This document shows, piece by piece, positions 57,477-64,000 of a stretch of DNA of 64,000 nt. Position numbers and translations under genes: made by a program. The stretch is from Planctomycetota bacterium (GTDB lineage Bacteria; Planctomycetota; Phycisphaerae; Phycisphaerales; UBA1924): positions 78,724-142,723 of the forward strand of contig JANRJU010000020.1 of NCBI GenBank assembly GCA_033763815.1, in the 5' to 3' direction. How positions within the stretch are numbered: position 1 is the stretch's first letter; each line of letters begins with the position of its first letter. A model generated the notes under the pieces. It searched no databases. It was not told the origin of the DNA and was given only the letters and a program-made list of their open reading frames with translations.

Positions 57477-60400
57477 ATGTGTTCTGGCCGAGCGGCGACC
57501 CTGGCGACAGTCGTCGTGCTTGTGATCGGCTTGATCGCGACGCTCACCGCGGTCCGGGTCCAGCTTGACGTCGCGGAGCGAATCAACCAAGAACGCCTCT
57601 CGCTCCGCGCCTCCATGGTTCGCGAGCAGGTCCTGCACAAGGTCGACCTGCTGCACGAGGCACTGGTGACCACGCGCGCGGCCTTCGACGCCAGCGATCA
57701 CATCAACCGCAACGAGTTCGACCGCCTGGTCGCAAGCAGCCGGGTACTGGAGCACTTGGAAAGCGTCGTCGGCATCGCGTTCATCCGCCGCGTGAAGCGG
57801 GATGAGCTTGCATCTTTCGTCGATCGGGTGCGGGAGTCCGAGCCCAGCTTCCATGTTGCAACGTCGGACAACGCCGCTGAGCTCTGGATCGTCGAGTACA
57901 ACAGGAACCGCCAGGATTTTCCGTTGACGCTGGGGCACGACGAAGCGATCGATGCCACTCGAGCGAGCATGCTGGAGCAGGCCCGAGATTCAGGTCAGGC
58001 GGTGCTCTCCGCGCCCATGACGCTGCGCGGTGTTACCGACTCCTCCTACGACTTCAACTTCGCAATCCCGTGGTACGGAGTCGGAACGCCCCTGTCGGTC
58101 GAAGAGCGCCGCGATCAACTCAAGGGTTGGCTGTGCTTGCGCATCCGCACCGACGCGCTGCTCGGTGTGATCTCGCGGCTCAATGGCGGCGAGGTCCTGT
58201 TCCAGGTTTCGGATGTCACGTCCACTCCTCGCACACTCGAATCGGTCCAGGACAACCAGAGCGGGCACGACAGCAACGTCGCGTCCCCGATCATGCAGCA
58301 TGAGCGACTGCACGTCGGAGGCCGCGAGTGGCTCATCACCGTTCGCCCAGGTCCGGCGTTCCCGGGCATCGCCCCCACCAAGGCGTATACGCTCGCCATC
58401 GCTGGCGTCGGCTTCACCTTGCTGTTGGCGGCGCTGATCGGCTCCTTCGGAAGGTCTGCTCGGCGTGCTCGCGAACTTGCCGACACGATGACCCAGGACG
58501 TGCGGCGCCTTGCCCTTGTTGCGGAGCGCACAACCAACGTGGTGATTATCACCGACGCGGATCGTCGCACGATCTGGGTCAACGACGCGTTCACACGCGT
58601 CGCCGGATACGAAAGATCGGAGCTGATTGGCCGCGTGCCTGGGCACCTGCTTCAGTTTGAAAAGACGAGCGCCGACACGGTGCGCCGGCTGCGAAAGGCC
58701 CTCAACGCGGGCGAGGGATTCAAGGGCGAGATCCTCAACCGGGGCAAGTTCGGGAATGAGTATTGGCTCGACCTCGAGATCCAGCCCCTCAAGGACGCGG
58801 AGGGCCGACTCACGGGGTTCATCGCCATCGAGAGTGAAGTCACCGAGCGCGTGAGACAACGTGAATCGCTCGCGGAACAGGTGCGCCAGCTCGAACAGGC
58901 CGAGGCGATGGCGAAGCTCGGGCACTGGTCATGGGATGTCAAGACCAATCGCGTCCGCTGGTCGAAGCAGATCTACCAGATCCATCGCCGAGATCCCGCG
59001 TTGGGAGAACCCGACTACCAGGGGATCTTACAGTTGTATTCGCCAGAGGCCGCGGCCCGGCTCGACACCGCGGTGCGATTCGCGATCGAGACTGGGACCT
59101 CCTACTCGCTCGTGCTTCGCACCAGCGACGAGGAAGAGCGGTATCTCGAGGGCACGGGGCACGTTCGTCGCAACGCCTCGGGAATCGCCGAGTCACTCTA
59201 TGGCACGGTCCGCGATGTGACCGAGAGCGTGAAGCAGGCTCGCGAACTACAAGCCGCGAAGGAGCGCGCGGAACGCGCCCTCCGCGAAGCCGAGTTGCTC
59301 CGCAACACCCTCGACAAGCACGCGATCTTCTCCGTTGCCGACGCACGGGGGCGGATCGTGGACATCAACGACAACTTCTGCAGGATCAGCGGCTATTCTC
59401 GCGAAGAACTCATTGGCCAAGACCATCGCATTCTCAACTCCGGAGTCCACCCAAAGAGCTTCTGGGTCGAGCTGTGGCGCACGCTGGCTTCGGGAAACGC
59501 CTGGCACGGCGAGGTGTGCAACCGCGCGAAGGATGGTTCGCTCTACTGGGTTGACAGCATCATCGCCCCCTCCATCGGGCCCGACGGCAAGGCCGAGCGA
59601 TACGTCTCCATCCGCACCGACATCACCGCTCGCAAGAAAGCGGAGGCGGCGCTGGCACAGCGTGAGCGAGAAATTCAGGCCATTGTCGCGGCCACCCCGG
59701 GGGTTCTCTATCGCTGCCTGATCGACAACAGGTGGACGATGCTCTTCATCTCAGATGAGGTCCGCACCTTGACGGGGCACGAGCCGGAAGCCTTCCGGGC
59801 CGGGTCTTCGATCTGCTATGCCGACGTGATCCACCCGGAAGATCGCGACCGGGTCGCTGGCGAGATCATCAACGCGACCTTCGGCAATGGACGCTTCGAG
59901 ATCACTTACCGCGTGGTGCACTCGAATGGCGCCATCAAGCACGTCTTCGAGCGCGGTCAGGTGCTGCTGAACGCGGATGGCAAGCCCGATTGCCTGGTCG
60001 GCTTCATCGTTGACGTCAGCGAGCAGAAGCTCACGCAGGAACGCCTGGACATGGCACTGCGGGGCGCCAAGGCCGGGCTTTGGGATTGGGACATCCCGAG
60101 CGGGAAGACGTACTTCAACGACACGTTCTACAGCATGCTGGGCTACGCCGCGGGCGAGCTGCCCATGACCATCGACACCTGGAACTCGCTCTGCCACCCG
60201 GACGATCTTCCCATCGCGCTCGAGGCGCTCGACCAGCACTTCCGGGGCGAGTGCCCGACCTACCGAGTCGAGCAGCGGCTTCGTACCAAGGATGGCGGGT
60301 GGAAATGGGTTCTCGACGCGGGTGAAATCACCGAGCGGCATGCCGACGGCTCACCCAAGCGCATGATCGGCGTCCACCTGGACATCCAGGATCTGCGCCA

Positions 60401-61631
60401 GGCGCGCGAGGCCGCGGAAACCGCGACCCGTTCCAAGAGCGAGTTCCTCGCCAACATGAGCCACGAGATCCGCACGCCGATGACCGCCATCCTCGGCTAC
60501 ACGGATCTGCTCGCAGAAGAGGGCGACAGCGACGCGGACTCCAACGCCCGACGCGAGTACGTCGCAACCATCAAGCGCAACGGCGAGCATCTCCTCTCGC
60601 TCATCAACGACATCCTGGACGTTTCCAAGATCGAAGCGGGCAAGATGTCCGTCGAGCTCATCGACAGCTCGCCCTTCCAGATCGTCCACGAAGTCGTCTC
60701 ACTCATGTCGATCAAGGCGCAGAGCAAGGGCATCCAGCTCGAAGCCGTCCACGAGACGTCGCTCCCCGAGACCATCCGCACCGACCCCGTCCGGCTCCGT
60801 CAGATCCTGGTCAACCTTATCGGAAACGCCATCAAGTTCACTGAGATCGGCGGGGTATCGCTCCGCATCGGCTACACCGCCGCCTCCGACCAGCTCCGTT
60901 TCGAAGTTGTGGACACCGGGATTGGCATGAGCCCCGAGCAGATGTCCCGCCTCTTCGGAGCCTTCGAGCAGGCCGACGCTTCGACAACCCGTCGCTTTGG
61001 CGGCACGGGCCTGGGCCTTCGCATCAGCAAGCGTCTGGCGCAGATGCTGGGAGGCGACATCGTCGTGACCAGCGAGCTGGGCAAGGGAAGCACGTTCTCG
61101 CTGCACATCGCCGCCCAGCCTCCCGCGGGAACGGCGCTGGTCGAAGCGACCGACAGCGTCAAGCCCAAAGAGATAGCCCCGAGGCCGACGACGTCCGCCA
61201 ACGACTCGCGTCTCAAGGGCGCCCGTGTCCTGCTCCTGGAAGACGGGCCCGACAACGTCCGCCTCATCTCCTTCTTCCTGAGGCGAGCCGGGGCCGAGGT
61301 CATCCACGCCGCCAACGGTCGACTCGGCATCGAAGCGCTCACCCGCGATGGCACCTTCGACGCCCCGCTGGCCAACCCGCCCCGCGTTGACATCGTGCTC
61401 ACCGACATCCAGATGCCCGAGATGGATGGGTACGAAGTCGCGCGGACCCTGCGTGCCCGCGGCTGGACCCGCGCCATCATCGCCCTCACCGCCAACGCCA
61501 TGAGCGGCGACGCCGAGCGGTGCCTGGCCAGCGGGTGCAACGCCTACGCGAGCAAGCCCGTCGATCGCGACGCGCTCATCGAGCTCTGCGTCGCCAGCAT
61601 GCCGCACAATCTGCTCGCCCACAGCGAATAG
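57477..61631 (+). CDS. hybrid sensor histidine kinase/response regulator (CHASE-like sensor, multiple PAS, HisKA, HATPase, REC)
   Basis: An N-terminal transmembrane segment and a periplasmic-type domain are followed by a second transmembrane segment and at least 4 PAS-like units ([32 protein letters not shown], and others). The H-box is [23 protein letters not shown] boxes are [10 protein letters not shown] and [13 protein letters not shown] motifs are [10 protein letters not shown] and [14 protein letters not shown]. The ATG at 57477 was chosen; a TTG at 57453 is also possible. Confidence 0.9.
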   Translation: MCSGRAATLATVVVLVIGLIATLTAVRVQLDVAERINQERLSLRASMVREQVLHKVDLLHEALVTTRAAFDASDHINRNEFDRLVASSRVLEHLESVVGIAFIRRVKRDELASFVDRVRESEPSFHVATSDNAAELWIVEYNRNRQDFPLTLGHDEAIDATRASMLEQARDSGQAVLSAPMTLRGVTDSSYDFNFAIPWYGVGTPLSVEERRDQLKGWLCLRIRTDALLGVISRLNGGEVLFQVSDVTSTPRTLESVQDNQSGHDSNVASPIMQHERLHVGGREWLITVRPGPAFPGIAPTKAYTLAIAGVGFTLLLAALIGSFGRSARRARELADTMTQDVRRLALVAERTTNVVIITDADRRTIWVNDAFTRVAGYERSELIGRVPGHLLQFEKTSADTVRRLRKALNAGEGFKGEILNRGKFGNEYWLDLEIQPLKDAEGRLTGFIAIESEVTERVRQRESLAEQVRQLEQAEAMAKLGHWSWDVKTNRVRWSKQIYQIHRRDPALGEPDYQGILQLYSPEAAARLDTAVRFAIETGTSYSLVLRTSDEEERYLEGTGHVRRNASGIAESLYGTVRDVTESVKQARELQAAKERAERALREAELLRNTLDKHAIFSVADARGRIVDINDNFCRISGYSREELIGQDHRILNSGVHPKSFWVELWRTLASGNAWHGEVCNRAKDGSLYWVDSIIAPSIGPDGKAERYVSIRTDITARKKAEAALAQREREIQAIVAATPGVLYRCLIDNRWTMLFISDEVRTLTGHEPEAFRAGSSICYADVIHPEDRDRVAGEIINATFGNGRFEITYRVVHSNGAIKHVFERGQVLLNADGKPDCLVGFIVDVSEQKLTQERLDMALRGAKAGLWDWDIPSGKTYFNDTFYSMLGYAAGELPMTIDTWNSLCHPDDLPIALEALDQHFRGECPTYRVEQRLRTKDGGWKWVLDAGEITERHADGSPKRMIGVHLDIQDLRQAREAAETATRSKSEFLANMSHEIRTPMTAILGYTDLLAEEGDSDADSNARREYVATIKRNGEHLLSLINDILDVSKIEAGKMSVELIDSSPFQIVHEVVSLMSIKAQSKGIQLEAVHETSLPETIRTDPVRLRQILVNLIGNAIKFTEIGGVSLRIGYTAASDQLRFEVVDTGIGMSPEQMSRLFGAFEQADASTTRRFGGTGLGLRISKRLAQMLGGDIVVTSELGKGSTFSLHIAAQPPAGTALVEATDSVKPKEIAPRPTTSANDSRLKGARVLLLEDGPDNVRLISFFLRRAGAEVIHAANGRLGIEALTRDGTFDAPLANPPRVDIVLTDIQMPEMDGYEVARTLRARGWTRAIIALTANAMSGDAERCLASGCNAYASKPVDRDALIELCVASMPHNLLAHSE

Positions 61632-61799
61632 GCCTGCGCGGGTCAACCATCGCCACTGCCCGCTCGTGCTGACCAACACACCAAGGACAGTCGCGCCCGC
61701 CCCGGGGCGCGGACAGTCGCACCCACCCCCAGGGCGCATACGCTCCGTGCGGTTGTGGCGCCACCGTCGGCCTGCGCCCGACCGCCGACGGACCACGCC

Positions 61800-62654
61800 A
61801 TGCACACTCCCTCGCCCGCGTCCGACGACGCGGCTCCACCCCGAGTTGCAGCCTCGCCCCACTCGCGCGCCGCTGCCGAAGCGCCGCCGGAACTGCTCAA
61901 CGTCACTCGCGCCGATCGGCGGCTGCTCCGCATGCCCTGGACGCCGCTCATCCGCAACAAGTTCCACGAGTTCTGGATCAAGGCCCGAGGCAAACGCATC
62001 AAGGGGCAGGGCCTCATCGGAGCCGACTCCTGGAGCGTGGCGACCGGTTTCGAATCCCTCTCCCCGCGCGACTTTGAAACCTACAACCTGCCCCAGAACT
62101 GGGTCGAACGCCGAACCATTCCACGAGCCCTGAACCGCCGCGTCCCCGCCCACAACGCCCGAGTCATCGACCTTGGCTGCGGCCCAGGCTTCTCCACGCG
62201 CATCATCGCCCACTTCGCACAGCCTTCGTGGAACATTCTCGGTTTCGACTTCGTCGCGCATTACATCGCCGAGGCCTCGCGCCACGCCGCGGCGGGCACG
62301 ATCCGAAACCGCGACAATCTCATCATCCGTCCAACGTTTCGCGTGCAGAGCATCACCGAAACGCTCGCCACCGACTCGGGACCCCTTGAAGCGTCGAGCA
62401 TCGACTTCGCGGTTGCCGGGGGAGTGGTCGGACTCTATCTCCAACCGCCCGACGTCGCAACACTCGCCCTCGAACTCTGCCGCGTCATCAAGCCGGGCGG
62501 CTACGCGGCCCTCGACTCCGGGCCCGCCATCCCGCCCCACCGCCTCAAGCACATCATGCTCGACCGCGGCTTTGCGTTCGTCGAACTCATCCGCAGCGTC
62601 GCGTTCGACCCAAGGCCCAAGCTCGTCTTTATGAGGCTGCCGCACGCGACGTGA
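61800..62654 (+). CDS. class I SAM-dependent methyltransferase
   Basis: Motif I is VIDLGCGPGFST. The start is uncertain (GTG/ATG candidates between 61755 and 61930). Confidence 0.65.
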   Translation: MHTPSPASDDAAPPRVAASPHSRAAAEAPPELLNVTRADRRLLRMPWTPLIRNKFHEFWIKARGKRIKGQGLIGADSWSVATGFESLSPRDFETYNLPQNWVERRTIPRALNRRVPAHNARVIDLGCGPGFSTRIIAHFAQPSWNILGFDFVAHYIAEASRHAAAGTIRNRDNLIIRPTFRVQSITETLATDSGPLEASSIDFAVAGGVVGLYLQPPDVATLALELCRVIKPGGYAALDSGPAIPPHRLKHIMLDRGFAFVELIRSVAFDPRPKLVFMRLPHAT

Positions 62655-62734
62655 CGCGGGCTCGAGCAACGGCCTGACTCGACCTGCTCCTCGAGCGCGA
62701 GCGCGGCTCTGATCCGCTCCCGCTCAACGCGAAA

Positions 62735-63964
62735 CTAAAAGCCGTCAACCAGGCACGGGCACCCAACCGGAAACGCCGCCGCCATCGCTGCGAGCGCCTT
62801 GGGATCCCCCGAAACCAGACCTTGCAACTGCGCGTGAGCGGGGGCGAGAGAACCGCCATACATCGCCGCAAACCCGCGGATATCCGCCCTTGCTCGGGGT
62901 AGGGCGTTGCCTGCGCCCGAGTGCGGTGAGCTGCCTTCCGCAAGCTTCGTCGCCCGCCCCGCGCCGCCCTCGACCTCCACCCGCCACACACCGACGTTGG
63001 TCGGGCACGTCGCATCGCTGATCTCGAGTTCAAACGCGGTCTTGACGTGGGGCGAGAAGCCGCGGGCCGATACCGCCGCACCGATATCACACACGCGCAG
63101 CATCCACGCGTGCTTCACCGAGCTCTTCGCGACTTGTAACGCCAGCAATCCAAGCAGCGGATGCGTTGGCCCACCAAGAAAAGTTGCGTCGCCGGCGAGC
63201 ATTCCAAAGTCCGAGAGGAATCGCAGCACGCGCCTTCCGCCTCGCTCACGAACAAAGGCTACGTCGGAGAGATCGATCGTCTGGCGGAACGTCACCTGAT
63301 CCACCGTCTGCCTCAGGCGAAGGTACGCCTCAAGCTCGCCATCGGCAAAGAAGCCAAAGCCTCGGTACTCGCCCAGGCGGTTCTTCTCCGTCCGATTCCA
63401 GATGTACGCGCCGCGGTCGAGCATCCCATCCATCGTCCGGGCAAATGCCGCGTAGCACGCCTCAACCCGAGGCTTGTCCTCCGCAGTCAACTCGCGGACT
63501 TCACCCGCTGCCGATCGCTCGCCGATCTGCGCCAGCGGCAGCTCGTGTCGCAGCGAGAGCCCCGCCTGCTCGTAGCCCACCTGGCGATAGAGCGACTGCG
63601 TCGACGCGTACAACGACGAAATCGCAACTCGCTCGCTCGCAAGCTCTTGCATCGCCGCTCGCATCATCCCCCGCGCCAGCCCGCGTCCGCGGGCTTCGGG
63701 CGCGACTGCGACGCCCGCGATCCCCACCGTCGGCACGCTCCGCCCGCCGTAGTAGTGCCCCATCGCGATGCGAAGCAGGCATGCGACAGGGGAACCGTGA
63801 TCTCGCACCACGCGCACGTTGCCAATGCCGCTGGCGACCAGCCACTTCTCCGCCCGTTCTCGCTCGGTGCCAAACGCCAGCTCGATCAGTCGCACGACGG
63901 GGCCAAGATCGCGCTCGTTCATCACACCAAGCTCAACCGGCTTTTCCTCATGAGACTTTGACAC
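62735..63964 (-). CDS. Eis-like GNAT N-acetyltransferase (GNAT plus sterol-carrier-like C-terminal part)
   Basis: GTG start after GGGAGG. IAGVAVAPEARGRGLARGMM is an acetyl-CoA motif. The 409-aa length and overall layout resemble Eis/UPF0256 proteins. Confidence 0.75.
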   Translation of the reverse strand: MSKSHEEKPVELGVMNERDLGPVVRLIELAFGTERERAEKWLVASGIGNVRVVRDHGSPVACLLRIAMGHYYGGRSVPTVGIAGVAVAPEARGRGLARGMMRAAMQELASERVAISSLYASTQSLYRQVGYEQAGLSLRHELPLAQIGERSAAGEVRELTAEDKPRVEACYAAFARTMDGMLDRGAYIWNRTEKNRLGEYRGFGFFADGELEAYLRLRQTVDQVTFRQTIDLSDVAFVRERGGRRVLRFLSDFGMLAGDATFLGGPTHPLLGLLALQVAKSSVKHAWMLRVCDIGAAVSARGFSPHVKTAFELEISDATCPTNVGVWRVEVEGGAGRATKLAEGSSPHSGAGNALPRARADIRGFAAMYGGSLAPAHAQLQGLVSGDPKALAAMAAAFPVGCPCLVDGF

Positions 63965-64000
63965 GGAGCCTCCCGTCGTTCAACCACGCTCGTGCGACAT

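Noticed and set aside
60699-62669. 656-aa minus-strand ORF spanning the end of the histidine kinase and the methyltransferase
   Set aside because: It crosses an intergenic region and two well-supported plus-strand genes, with antisense-type composition.

Overview
GC-rich bacterial chromosome segment. The gene content looks Planctomycetota/Phycisphaerae-like: an ECF sigma factor paired with a Ser/Thr kinase, a prepilin-type N-terminal methylation protein, many lipobox lipoproteins, hpnCDE, and dockerin-like C-terminal tags. This is an inference, since no database search was possible. I call about 50 protein genes, no rRNA or tRNA, no CRISPR array and no recognisable mobile element. Firm housekeeping calls are alaS, rpsU, rpsT, lgt, nfo, nuoI, a membrane pyrophosphatase (hppA), an Hsp20, an RluA-family pseudouridine synthase, a Cys/Met-family PLP enzyme, hpnC/hpnD/hpnE and a large CHASE-PAS hybrid histidine kinase. 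The most interesting content falls into five items. (1) Five secreted proteins have unrelated N-terminal parts but share a C-terminal EF-hand/dockerin-like module that is bracketed by Cys and ends exactly at Gly-x-Cys-stop or Gly-Cys-stop. (2) An ECF sigma factor is translationally coupled (ATGA overlap) to a TPR Ser/Thr kinase and is divergent from one of those tagged proteins, which carries a papain/C39-like head. (3) A methyltransferase / FAD-oxidoreductase / type III PKS operon is present. (4) A candidate SAM-I/IV-like riboswitch lies upstream of the Cys/Met PLP enzyme. (5) There are several small repeats and hairpins. All family assignments come from motif recognition by eye. Start codons are often uncertain because the ORF track prints GTG/TTG starts as M and gives the longest ORFs, many of which overlap their neighbours. 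High GC content also produces many long antisense ORFs, which I rejected.
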